NCBI GenBank assembly: GCA_965249605.1
Contig: OZ252245.1
Location: forward strand, 1,294,967-1,358,966
Length of the DNA stretch: 64,000 bases
From: Dehalococcoidia bacterium
Lineage (GTDB): Bacteria > Chloroflexota > Dehalococcoidia > Lucifugimonadales > UBA1127
Reading direction: 5' to 3'
A model generated the notes under the pieces. It had not been told where the DNA came from. It saw only the letters and a program-made list of their open reading frames with translations, and did not search any database. The position numbers and the translations under genes were made by a program. Positions within the stretch are counted from its first letter, which is position 1, and each line of letters starts with the position of its first letter. This document shows, one piece after another, positions 40,001-48,832 of the stretch.

Positions 40001-43000
40001 TTCGTCTCGCCGTCCGAGCCGGCGGTAAGTTTGATTTGCTCGGCAGGCCGCAGCACCTCGTATTCGTCTATGGACGAATCGCGGGGATCATCCCAACGGA
40101 GCGTTACCCGCCGGTCTCCCGCCCTCGCGGTCAGACCTTCAAGCTTGACCGGCTTCATATGCATGGGCGTGGCCGCGGCGGTTTCGGCAGACGGACGTTT
40201 GGCGGCATCGTTCACCGCACGCACCCGGAAGGCGTACTGTTGGTCGTTGGTCAGATTGAGCACCCGATAGACGTGGTACCGATCGTCGTCGGACATCGTC
40301 AATTCTGTTAAGACGAGGTTCGCCCACTTCGCGGTTGATATGTCCATCGCGTAAGCCGAACCGCGATTACCGTGGTCCTGGGGCACGCCTGCCAAGACGG
40401 TGTCGTTGGACACCGCAACGGAGTGTCCGAACCGGTCGTCCGGCGCGGAGCTGGAGGCCGCGAGATTGAGCGTCTGGCTCCACTTGCCAGACTTCGGATC
40501 CCTGGCAAACACGTAGGCCGAACCGGAGCCAGGAACAATGCCGTCGTCGCGGTCGAACAGATACGCCCCGACGACGGCGGTATTGCCGTCCACCGCAACG
40601 GAAATCCCGAACCCATCGCCCAGGACGCCCTTGGAGGCTGTGAGCTTGACCGGCTGGCCCCACTTGCCGGAGTTTGACTCCTTGGTGAAGACGTAGGCCG
40701 CACCGGGCCCCACGTCGACGATCTCTTCGTCTTCGATTTTGTAGCTGGGCTGGTGTGCTCCGACTACGACGGTATCAACGTTGATGGCCACCGAAATCCC
40801 GAATTGGTCCTTCGCCGCGCCGTCGGGGGCGGTGAGCCTTGCCGATTCGGTTCTGTGATCTTTGCTCGGTTCGTTGGCCCAGCCGCCGGTGTCGGTCTTA
40901 GTAAAGACGTAGGCTGCACCGGCGTGGGGGATACCGGTGCCGTTGTCATTAATGTCGTGCAGGTGTGCTCCTACCACGACGGTGTCACCGTCTATCGCCA
41001 CGGAGATTCCAAGCTCGTCGCTCGCCGCGCCGTCGGAAGCGGTGAGTTTGGCCGCCTCCTTCTTGTGGTTTTCACCCGAATCGTTGGCCCAGGCGACGTC
41101 GGCTGCCTTGGTGAATACGTACGCTGCGCCGTCGCGAGTGTCGTCCTGGCGCGCCCCAACCACGATGGTGTTTCCGTCTATCGCCACAGAAATTCCGAAC
41201 TCGTCGTCCGCCGCGCTGTCGGAAGCGGCGAGCTTGGCCGTCTCCCCCTTGTAGGTCTGATTCTCATCATTTGCCCAGACGCTGTCGGGTGACTTGGTGA
41301 ATACGTACGCTGCGCCGTCGCGAGTGTCGTCCTGGCGCGCCCCAACCACGATGGTGTTTCCGTCTATGGCCACGGATATTCCGAACTCGTCATTCGCTGC
41401 TCCGTCGGAGGCAGTCAGCGTGGCGGCTTGGCTCCATGCATCGTCCGCATCCTTGGTGAAAACATAGGCCACACCGACGTTGGCGTTTCCGTCGAGTTTC
41501 CGGTGGTAGGCCCCGACGACGGCGGTGCTGCCATCTATCGCTACCGAATACCCGAACTCGTCGTTGGCCGCGCGGTCGTCGACGGTCAGCGTGCTTATAG
41601 AGATCTGCAATAGCTGGTACTTGTCTATCGGCACGGACGGCACACGCCATTGGACCGTCGCCTGGGTGTCGCCGGCGGTAGCGTTGAACCCAGTGGGCCT
41701 CAGTGGCTCCCCGTCGATCGTCACATCGCGGAAGCGGGAAGAGAAGCCCTGGAGCGTGTAGCTGTTGACGGCCCGGACGGCGAATCTGTAAGTGTGGGAG
41801 CCGGGGTCAGGCTCTTTCAGACCGGAGACCGTGTGGGAGTTAGTGCCGGAATCGCTCTCGACGATGGCGATCCAACTAGAAACGTCGTCCCCATCGGACA
41901 GGTCGTCCTGACTGTATTCATAGCCGGTAACAGTGGTGGGCGGCGAAACCGCGCTCCAGGTCAACTCCACCTGGCCGACGCCGGTCTGCTCGGCATTGAA
42001 GTTGTTCGGCGAGGCGAGGCGAGAGCCGGCCGCTGACGGGGTGGCGCTTTCCGGGGCGACAGCAGTGCTTCCTATGGTCACGTTCACCGAACGTACCCGG
42101 AAAAAATATTCTGTCCCGTTGGCCAAGCCGGTCACAAAGTGGGACGTGGTCGTTTCGGTGATGTCGGTCCAATCGTCGCCGAAGTCGTCCTCCCCCGATA
42201 TTTGCTGGTACTGGTAGCCGGTGAAAATAGGCAGTGGGTCGCCGGTAGGGGCGTTCCAAGTAAGCTTCACCTGCTCGTCGCCCGGCTCGGCTTTGAGGTC
42301 GGTGGGCGCCGCGGGGGCGGCCACCATTGTCACGTAGCGGGGATAGGAAGAAGCGCCCTCTCCGCGGCTGTTGACGGCGCGAATAGTGAAAGTGTAGGTG
42401 GTGTCGCTGGCCAGGCTAGAGACGGTGTAAGAGACGGTGGCGGAATCGCTTGGGTCGATTAGGGTCCAAGTGCCTAGGGTCCAAGTGCCGTCGCTGTTTT
42501 TGGTGTCCTGCTTGTACCCATAACCGGTGATGTTCAGGGGATCGGCGACCTGCCCCCACTCCAAACGCACCCGGTCTGCGCCGGTCTGCACCGCGGAGAA
42601 GTTCCTGGGCTTCAGAGGGGGCGTGGTCGGCGTCGCCGTATCCGCGGACGCCTGGGCAGGCAGGCCTGCGCCGCCGCCGTTCACCGCCCGGACCGCGAAG
42701 GTGTGCTCCACGTCGTTGGTCAGGCTGGTCACCCGGTGGGACGTGGTCCCTCCCGTGCTTCCGTCGATGTCGTCCCACACCTGGATGTCGTAAAGGTAGG
42801 CGGCGCCTACGTCGTTGCCACCTTGCCAGTCCGCCCCCACCAGAATGGTGTCCCTGTCTATTGCTACGGACCATCCGAATTGGTCGTCCGCACTGTCGCC
42901 AGGTCCAGGAAGCTTGGCAGCCTCAGAACTGTCTACCCACCCTGCGTTGGCCTTGGTGCACACGTAGGCCGAACCCTCTATATCCGTGCCCCCTCCGATA

Positions 43001-45912
43001 TTGTCCTTATGCGCACCAACTACTATGGTGTCGCCGTCCACCGATACCGATCGTCCGAAGCTGTCGTTGCTGCTGCGATCGGATGCGGTGAGTTGGGCCG
43101 TCTGTGTCCCTGGGCTGTTGGCCCAGCCGGTGGCGGGCTCGATGAACACGAAAGCCGAACCCTTATTGCTGTCGTCCCCGTAGGCCCCAACCACGATGGT
43201 CTTACCGTCAATGGCTACTGAAAGCCCGAATCTGTCGTTGTCTTCGCGGGAGTAGGAGGTTAGCTTGGCGGACAATGCGGCCTTGTCAACTTTGTTTGGG
43301 TCGTCCCAGTCTGTCCAGCCGTCATCGGTGTCGGGCTTAATGAACACCAAAGCCGAACCCTTATTGCTGTCGTCCCCGCTCGCCCCAACCACGACGGTGT
43401 CACCGTCGATTGCGACCGACCTGCCGAAATTGTCGGAAACGCTACTCCCGCTGAGTTTGAGTGTCTCCGTTGCGTGGTCGTCCGTTCCATCATTATCTTC
43501 ATCCTGATCGTTGGCCCAGCCGGTAGCGGGTTCGGTGAAGACGTATGCGGCGCCTTCGTTGGTGTCGAGATCGGCGACGGCGTCATTCTCGTGCGCCCCG
43601 ACCACGATGGTGTTACCGTCCACCGCTACCGAAAGTCCGAACTCGTCCTTCGCCGCGCCGGACTGGGCTAGGAACTTTGCCGTTTCCGTGGTGTGGTCGA
43701 ATTCACTATCTGGATCGTCCGAATCTTTATTGTTGGCCCAGCCGGTGGCGGGCTCGCTGAATACGTATACCGCACCTTTACTGTCCGAGTGGCCGGGAGC
43801 GCCAACCGCTATCGTGTCGCCATTCACAGTGTCTTCATGCACCGCCACAGATAGTCCGAATCTATGCTGATCAGTATTGTCATCATCATCACCATCAACG
43901 TTATCAACCGGATCGCTGGCTCTGAGCCTGGCCGCCGCCGGGCTCCACGTGCCGGATGAGTCCCGGGTGAACACGAAGGCGGCGCCGGAATTAACGGGGT
44001 TGTCCTCCCCGGGCATCCCGACCACGGCGGTGTCGCCGTCTATCGCTACGGCATATCCAAACTCATCGTTAAGCGTCCGGTTGTCGGCGGTCAGCATCGG
44101 GTGCTCGGCATGCTGCCATAGCTGGTAGTTGGTGATGGGCGGCGAATCCCCGGCGGGATCGTTCCAGCTCAGCTCCACCTGGCTGTCGCCGGCCACAGCG
44201 GAGAGCACAGTCAGATCCGCCGGCTTCGGCTTTAACGGCATGGCCCTGAGGGGGTCCGAGGGCGGGCCGGCGCCGGCGCCTTCCACCTTGTCCACCGCGC
44301 GGACCTGAAAGCTGTACTCTTCGCCGTTGGTCAGACCGGTGACAGTGTGGGACGCGGTCGTCGGTCCGCTACCGTTGATGTCGGCCCACTTCGGGACTAC
44401 CCACAGGTAGACGGCGCCTGAATCGGGGCCGCTGATGTTGGACCGTTCCGCTCCGGCGATGACCGTATCCCCCACCACCGCAACGGAATGCCCCAACCAG
44501 TCGCCCCGTCCGCGGGAGGGGCCGGTGAGCTTCGTCTTCTGGTCCCACCCATTGGAATCCTGAGTGAAGACGTAAGCCGAGCCGGAATTGTCGCCATTGG
44601 CCTCGTCCAGGTATGCCCCGACCACGATGGTGTCCTCGTCGTCGTCCACGGCCACGGAAATCCCGAACGCGTCTCCTCTCGCAGCGTCGGAGGCGATGAG
44701 CTTCGCGGTCTCAGTATCGTTAACCCAAGAGCTGCCGGTAGGCTTGATAAAGACGTAGGCCGCACCGGCGTTAGCCTTCTCGGTGCCTTCGCCGACATCG
44801 TACTTGTGCGCCCCGACCACGACCGTGTCACCGTGCACCGTTACGGAGATTCCGAGCTCGTCGCTCGCCGCGGCGCCGAACGCGGTGAGCTTGGCGGTCT
44901 CGGTGGCGTTGGCCCAGCCGCCGCTCGAGGGCTTGGTGAAGACGTACGCTGCACCCTCATCGTCATCGGTGTCGCCGTCGCCGTCAGTGTGGTCGTCTAG
45001 GTGCGCTCCTACGACCACTGTTTCGCCGTGTACAGACACGGAGATTCCGAATTCGTCGTCCACCGCGCCGTCATTGGCAGTAAGCTTGGCGGTCTCGGTG
45101 GTATCGGCCCAGCCGCCGCTGGCAGGCTTGGTGAACACGTAGGCCGCACCAGAGTCAGCGACGTCGTCGGTGGTGTCTACGTCGTCGTCATTGGCGTTTT
45201 CCAGGTGCGCACCTACGACCACGGTTTCGTCGTGCACAGCCACAGAGATTCCGAACTCGTCGTTCTCCACGGCGTCGGAAGCGGTGAGCTTGGCGGTCTC
45301 GGTGCCGGTGACCCAGCCGCCGCTGGCAGGCTTGGTGAAGACGTAGGCAGCGCCAGAGTCAGTGACGTCGTCAGAGGTGTCTACGTCGTCGTCATTGGCG
45401 TTTTCTAGGTGCGCTCCCACCACGACGGTGTCGCCGTGCACCGCCACGGAGATTCCGAACTCGTCGTTCTCCGCGGCGTCGGCAGCGGTGAGCTTGGCCG
45501 CCCAGCTCCACGGATCGGTAGGCGAGCTCCTGGTGAAGACGTGGGCGGAACCGGAATTGGCGCCATCGTCATCGTCTTGATGAGCCCCGATCACGGCAGT
45601 GTTGCCGTCCACCGCGACGGAGATTCCGAACCCGTCGCCGCGCACCACTGGGTCGTCGGTGGAGGCATTGGGCAGCTTGCGGCCCTGAGTAATCTGCAGC
45701 AGTTGGTACTTGTCTATCGTCGAATCTCCTGGGTCAGCCCAGCTCAGCCTCACCTGGGCGTCGCCGGCCTCAGTAGACAGGCCGGACAGCTGCTCCGGGG
45801 TGGTGTCACTCTGGGCGGACGTGGTCGATGGACCAGTGGACCAGGAGATAAGAAGTACAGCAGTCACCGCCGCAGTGATGGCCAGTCTTTGGAACCAGCA
45901 GCTAGACCACAT
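37069..45912 (-). CDS. giant cell-surface protein (2947 aa): FG-GAP propeller blocks + Fn3, two cadherin/beta-sandwich modules, PT linker, C-terminal TM anchor
   Basis: Start set at the ATG giving MWSSCWFQRLAITAAVTAVLLISWSTGPSTTSAQS. The repeat grammar matches the 24682 gene (DEFGISVAV.GDT.VVGA... GAAYVFTKP; Fn3 units). Two cadherin-like segments lie at about 37620-37950 and 38245-38575. The tail is NLWWIILIAVWAVAVVAFMYLIALSRRQI. Confidence 0.85.
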   Translation of the reverse strand: MWSSCWFQRLAITAAVTAVLLISWSTGPSTTSAQSDTTPEQLSGLSTEAGDAQVRLSWADPGDSTIDKYQLLQITQGRKLPNASTDDPVVRGDGFGISVAVDGNTAVIGAHQDDDDGANSGSAHVFTRSSPTDPWSWAAKLTAADAAENDEFGISVAVHGDTVVVGAHLENANDDDVDTSDDVTDSGAAYVFTKPASGGWVTGTETAKLTASDAVENDEFGISVAVHDETVVVGAHLENANDDDVDTTDDVADSGAAYVFTKPASGGWADTTETAKLTANDGAVDDEFGISVSVHGETVVVGAHLDDHTDGDGDTDDDEGAAYVFTKPSSGGWANATETAKLTAFGAAASDELGISVTVHGDTVVVGAHKYDVGEGTEKANAGAAYVFIKPTGSSWVNDTETAKLIASDAARGDAFGISVAVDDDEDTIVVGAYLDEANGDNSGSAYVFTQDSNGWDQKTKLTGPSRGRGDWLGHSVAVVGDTVIAGAERSNISGPDSGAVYLWVVPKWADINGSGPTTASHTVTGLTNGEEYSFQVRAVDKVEGAGAGPPSDPLRAMPLKPKPADLTVLSAVAGDSQVELSWNDPAGDSPPITNYQLWQHAEHPMLTADNRTLNDEFGYAVAIDGDTAVVGMPGEDNPVNSGAAFVFTRDSSGTWSPAAARLRASDPVDNVDGDDDDNTDQHRFGLSVAVHEDTVNGDTIAVGAPGHSDSKGAVYVFSEPATGWANNKDSDDPDSEFDHTTETAKFLAQSGAAKDEFGLSVAVDGNTIVVGAHENDAVADLDTNEGAAYVFTEPATGWANDQDEDNDGTDDHATETLKLSGSSVSDNFGRSVAIDGDTVVVGASGDDSNKGSALVFIKPDTDDGWTDWDDPNKVDKAALSAKLTSYSREDNDRFGLSVAIDGKTIVVGAYGDDSNKGSAFVFIEPATGWANSPGTQTAQLTASDRSSNDSFGRSVSVDGDTIVVGAHKDNIGGGTDIEGSAYVCTKANAGWVDSSEAAKLPGPGDSADDQFGWSVAIDRDTILVGADWQGGNDVGAAYLYDIQVWDDIDGSTGGTTSHRVTSLTNDVEHTFAVRAVNGGGAGLPAQASADTATPTTPPLKPRNFSAVQTGADRVRLEWGQVADPLNITGYGYKQDTKNSDGTWTLGTWTLIDPSDSATVSYTVSSLASDTTYTFTIRAVNSRGEGASSYPRYVTMVAAPAAPTDLKAEPGDEQVKLTWNAPTGDPLPIFTGYQYQQISGEDDFGDDWTDITETTTSHFVTGLANGTEYFFRVRSVNVTIGSTAVAPESATPSAAGSRLASPNNFNAEQTGVGQVELTWSAVSPPTTVTGYEYSQDDLSDGDDVSSWIAIVESDSGTNSHTVSGLKEPDPGSHTYRFAVRAVNSYTLQGFSSRFRDVTIDGEPLRPTGFNATAGDTQATVQWRVPSVPIDKYQLLQISISTLTVDDRAANDEFGYSVAIDGSTAVVGAYHRKLDGNANVGVAYVFTKDADDAWSQAATLTASDGAANDEFGISVAIDGNTIVVGARQDDTRDGAAYVFTKSPDSVWANDENQTYKGETAKLAASDSAADDEFGISVAIDGNTIVVGARQDDTRDGAAYVFTKAADVAWANDSGENHKKEAAKLTASDGAASDELGISVAIDGDTVVVGAHLHDINDNGTGIPHAGAAYVFTKTDTGGWANEPSKDHRTESARLTAPDGAAKDQFGISVAINVDTVVVGAHQPSYKIEDEEIVDVGPGAAYVFTKESNSGKWGQPVKLTASKGVLGDGFGISVAVDGNTAVVGAYLFDRDDGIVPGSGSAYVFARDPKSGKWSQTLNLAASSSAPDDRFGHSVAVSNDTVLAGVPQDHGNRGSAYAMDISTAKWANLVLTELTMSDDDRYHVYRVLNLTNDQQYAFRVRAVNDAAKRPSAETAAATPMHMKPVKLEGLTARAGDRRVTLRWDDPRDSSIDEYEVLRPAEQIKLTAGSDGETNGEFGESVAVDDGTAVVGAPKHNINGNANAGAAYVFTKVDGEWSGPLKLIASDGAVNDWFGYSVAVDGDTLVVGAYQHDTNDNDNAGAAYVFTRDSTGEWSKPVKLIAADGAANDWFGYSVAVGGDTVVIGARGHNGKTGAAYVFTKVGGVWGNTPDSGETHRVETVKLTASGGGAVDYFGHSVAMDSNTIVVGAHLHDVDDNGASIADAGAAYVFTRNLGTGVWGNAPADPGTHRIETAKLTAADADGGDQFGSSIAVDGNTVVVGARNDNAAYVFVCVPGSGAWSQAAKLEASDSDGSEEFGSSVAVRDRTIVVGADYANIDECEEVDEDGDCQDNNRSGAAYLFTKPANVDWVNDPNKDHRTESGRLTLPIEEGAVEQSDEFGNSVALDGQSIVVGAPEGDGSFGSVYVSDIPQWGFLASGGETTSATVGGLTNGVEYMFQVRAVDRVVGGEEVEGLPSDIRRATPMPAPEAPNRSPYFIGGEVTLSISIDEGTPPGTLVGSAVNATDQDGDALTYSLSGAHASFFSIDIYTGQISVGSETQIDYESGPMTYTVIVSVHDGKSPYNNPNTSIDDHIEVNIAVTNRDEAGTVVVLPEQPRVGTALKASLTDPDGSLSNTSWQWARSSDGSNWSDISGANSDTYSPVADDAGSYLRATASYTDGHGPSKSADAVSRQRTTQRDPSFEGDVTFTVDENTPPGSLVGDALAATDPDDDILTYSLSGTDASSFVIDGSSGQITVGSGIMLDYESGLTRYTVVVTVHDGRDAYGNDDAGVDDHIEVNIDINNVDEAGTVSVPPEQPQAGTALAASLTDLDGTLSNISWQWARSSDGSNWSDIAGANSDVYTPIDDDADKYLRVIVSYADGEGVGKKVQAVLGGTVQALPVSIETPSPTPPPTAVPTAMPPTATPSPTSTPLAVPSPTPEPPPTPEPSPTASIKAPVDDGGSNLWWIILIAVWAVAVVAFMYLIALSRRQI

Positions 45913-46422
45913 AGGAAACAAACCTCACACTTGGTTCGTGCGAGGCGTACGTTGCCAAGCTGGCTTCAAGTCCGATGGTTAGTACAGCTGAAGCGTCCAC
46001 ACTGTCTACGTCAAATCTCAATTCTCTGCACATCGTCAACAGTAGATGTATGATACACAGTCCCTAGGGGCGGCTTGAATCATAGTGATTGTCGCACTGC
46101 ATCGTCAAGCACCGGTGCCTCATACCGTTGCGGGCGCTCAGGCGTGCCGTCCATGTGAACTTCATCGGCCTCACTTAAGTGAGTGAGCATACGCAGGCGA
46201 GGAATGTGGCGCCGTAAGTGGGCAGCCAACAAGTTGAGGAAGCAGGGCATCATCATCTTACCGGGAGGAGCGAGGTCGGGTGGATGAGGCACCATCTGGA
46301 GACTTTCAAGAAGAGGTTGAAGGCGCTGGAGGCAAGGTGGCCCAGCAGGGCATCATACTCACTGAGAGCCAGCTGGCGGCGCTGGAGAGAGGTCCCAGAG
46401 TGACAGGGCGGCATATTAGGCC

Positions 46423-47217
46423 CTAGGCGGATGAACCTATCTGGCGAAGGGGAGAATGAACCCTGTGCTGAGTAATCGCTGCGCGAATGTTGTAAGGTTT
46501 GTAGACCTTGAGCATGCGGGGGCTGGTCCATCCCATGATCTCCACAAGGAGTGACTCGTCTCCTCGCCACATACGCGCAAAGGTATGGCGCAAGGTATGT
46601 GCACTGGCGCGCTTCCCGGTGATGCCGGCGTTTCGAAATGCGATGCGCACCGCTAGGCCTGCATAGTGAGCATTGGCCCACGGCCAGGGGAGTTCAGCGT
46701 TGACCATGCGGGCGACAGCGGGGTGTATGGGGAGTTCACGTTCCCCAGTTTTGCCATTCACGACAAACCTTCCTCCGTGCCTGTCGATCTGGGTGACAGA
46801 AAACGCTTCGCCAAGGCGCACGCCAGTATCTGCTAGAAGCCACAGAAGAGCCCGCACTTGCGAAGTGTGATGCTGAAAGGTGAGAAGCGCTGTGAGCTCT
46901 TCACGGGAAAGCGCCCGGGCGACCTTTCGGTAAACGTAAGGTTTGGCCACGCGAGGCATTGGGTTGCTCTTAAACAGGCCCCGCACCTTCAGCCACCGGT
47001 AGAACGCGGTCAGCAACCTATGGTAGGTCGGGCGTGTCTCATCGGAGGGGCCTTGTTGCGAAAGAAATAACTCCACTTGCTCCGGGCGCTTTGGTAGACG
47101 GGTGAACCACTCTGCATACTTCCGGAGCCGGTATCGGTAGCCTTCCAAGGTTCTAGAGGAGACTCCGACTGCTATTCGCGCCGCAACGAACCTGTCAATT
47201 GCTGTCTGTGTCTTCAT
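46423..47217 (-). CDS. tyrosine recombinase / phage-type integrase (paralogue 3, full length)
   Basis: 264 aa starting at MKTQTAIDRFVAAR, with ADTGVRLGEA, HTLRHTF and GWTSPRMLKVYKPY. It is a homologue of the 19637 integrase with conserved blocks throughout (about three-quarters identical by eye). Confidence 0.9.
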   Translation of the reverse strand: MKTQTAIDRFVAARIAVGVSSRTLEGYRYRLRKYAEWFTRLPKRPEQVELFLSQQGPSDETRPTYHRLLTAFYRWLKVRGLFKSNPMPRVAKPYVYRKVARALSREELTALLTFQHHTSQVRALLWLLADTGVRLGEAFSVTQIDRHGGRFVVNGKTGERELPIHPAVARMVNAELPWPWANAHYAGLAVRIAFRNAGITGKRASAHTLRHTFARMWRGDESLLVEIMGWTSPRMLKVYKPYNIRAAITQHRVHSPLRQIGSSA

Positions 47218-47702
47218 CGCTCTATAACAACGAAGCTCAATCAAAGAATGTTCAATGCTAGATAGGGACACCTAGCTCCTGCGCCACTCCGCCAACCTCA
47301 AAGACTTGCGGCGAAACGTCCTGCCGGCGAACAGGTCCAAGCACTACCAGCGTCGGCAAAAAGAAGGTAGGCCGGATGCCCATGTGGATGCCAAGACCGA
47401 GAAATGCACCGAGGAAGGGTGATGCCTGCAACTGCGTCCGCACCTCTTGGGGGAACGTCTGCGCCCACCCTTGCCCCGTGTTAACCCACGTCCTGCAAAC
47501 TCACAGATCTCCTGGGGATAATCAAGATATGGCGACGAAGTTCGCCCTGGAGCATGCGGAAGTGCTGACGGAGGGGTGGGCCTCCTGGTGAGTAGCCGAG
47601 AGCACTTCTTGAGAAGGATAGCGGGAATGGGAAGAGTCCTTCGTAGGCACCGCATTGCAAGCGTGGCTGGCGGCATTGGCGCTGCAACAGTCGTAGTGAT
47701 TG
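46611..47702. repeat. 1092-bp direct repeat, copy B
   Basis: See 34243-35334. Several track ORFs are duplicated at the constant offset of 12368 (34305/46673, 34890/47258, 35008/47376). Confidence 0.85.
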
Positions 47703-48832
47703 CTGCACTCTTGATAATGTTCTGGGAGTGGCTAAGCGGTGGAGAATCCGGCAGCACGACGATACGGAACGTCGCCCTGGTCCTTGCGGGGGTCGTCGCG
47801 TTGCCCCTGGCGATTTGGCGCAGTAAGGTGGCAGACCGTCAGGCCAAAACCGCGGAACAGGGCCTCCTCAATGAGCGTTACCAAAAGGGAGCCGAGATGC
47901 TTGGCAGCGCAGTCCTTGCAGTCCGACTGGCTGGGATTTACGCGCTACAGAATCTCGCAGGGGAACATCCGGAGGACTACCATCCCCAGGTCATGGGCCT
48001 GTTCTGCGCATTTGTTCGGCTCCCCACTCGGGACCAGAGCCTGGAATCAGGACAGGCAGAAATGCCGCCGGGTACCCTATTGGGCATTCGTCAGGACCTT
48101 GAGTCCATCATGGAAGCAATCGGATCTCGGGATAGGGAACGAATAGCAGTTGAGCGGAGGGCGAAGTTTACGCTGGACTTGCGGGAGGCCGACCTTAGCA
48201 AGGTAGTGATCTCGGCTGCAGACCTGTCGCAAGCCAAGTTCCAGCACGCAAACTTGTCCTACGCCCATTTTGAGAAGGTGGATCTGACGGATGCGTACCT
48301 TGTCGGCGCGGACTTGTCACACGCTCACTTCTATGACGTGAACTTCACGGGAACACGCCTGTGGTCCGCGAACTTATCGCACGCGATGCTGCAAGACGCT
48401 CAGATGGCCAGGAGGAATCTCCATAACCTGAACTTGACCGGTGCGAATCTCGACCGAGCCAATCTCTCCAAAGGGATCTTTCAGTATGCAATCGCAGCCA
48501 ACGCGTGGTTTGCACACGCAACTCTGTCAAGGGCGAACTTTCAGCGAGCAGACTTGTCCCGCGCATGTCTCATTCGGGCGGATCTCTCTGGCGCGAAGTT
48601 TCTCGACGCGAACCTAACCGGAGCGGACATGTCCGAGGCGAACCTTTCGGGCGGCCAGTTTTCTAATGGCGGATTGCAGACAGCGAGGGGATTGACCCAA
48701 GCCCAACTTGATCAGGCTCGAGCGGACCCGAACAATCCGCCCAAATTAGTTGGTGTCCTAGACGCCGAGACCGGCAAACAGTTGCTCTGGCGAGGAACGC
48801 CGAAGGATTGGAGAAGACATGCCTATTCCTGA
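47627..48832 (+). CDS. 2TM membrane protein with helical linker and C-terminal pentapeptide-repeat domain
   Basis: Start set at MGRVLRRHR. There are two TM helices (GIGAATVVVIAALLIMFW; IRNVALVLAGVVALPLAIW), then LNERYQKGAEMLGS..VRLAGIYALQNLAGEHPEDYH..FCAFVR. About 35-40 pentapeptide units follow (ADLSQAKFQHANLSYAHFEKVDLTDAYLVGADLSHAHF...). Confidence 0.8.
   Translation: MGRVLRRHRIASVAGGIGAATVVVIAALLIMFWEWLSGGESGSTTIRNVALVLAGVVALPLAIWRSKVADRQAKTAEQGLLNERYQKGAEMLGSAVLAVRLAGIYALQNLAGEHPEDYHPQVMGLFCAFVRLPTRDQSLESGQAEMPPGTLLGIRQDLESIMEAIGSRDRERIAVERRAKFTLDLREADLSKVVISAADLSQAKFQHANLSYAHFEKVDLTDAYLVGADLSHAHFYDVNFTGTRLWSANLSHAMLQDAQMARRNLHNLNLTGANLDRANLSKGIFQYAIAANAWFAHATLSRANFQRADLSRACLIRADLSGAKFLDANLTGADMSEANLSGGQFSNGGLQTARGLTQAQLDQARADPNNPPKLVGVLDAETGKQLLWRGTPKDWRRHAYS

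Noticed and set aside
24678-45982. Dozens of 60-270-aa ORFs inside or antisense to the two giant genes (for example 25774..26469, 28333..29106, 30481..31284, 39598..40311, 40753..41292)
   Set aside because: All are nested in uninterrupted 9-kb frames with coherent domain repeats. Their own products are Arg/Gly/Pro-rich without structure.
46080-46422. An att copy or tRNA fragment expected downstream of integrase 3, and small ORFs 46080..46295 and 46218..46403
   Set aside because: No similarity to either tRNA-Glu 3' end was found by eye. The small ORFs have no motifs or ribosome-binding sites.
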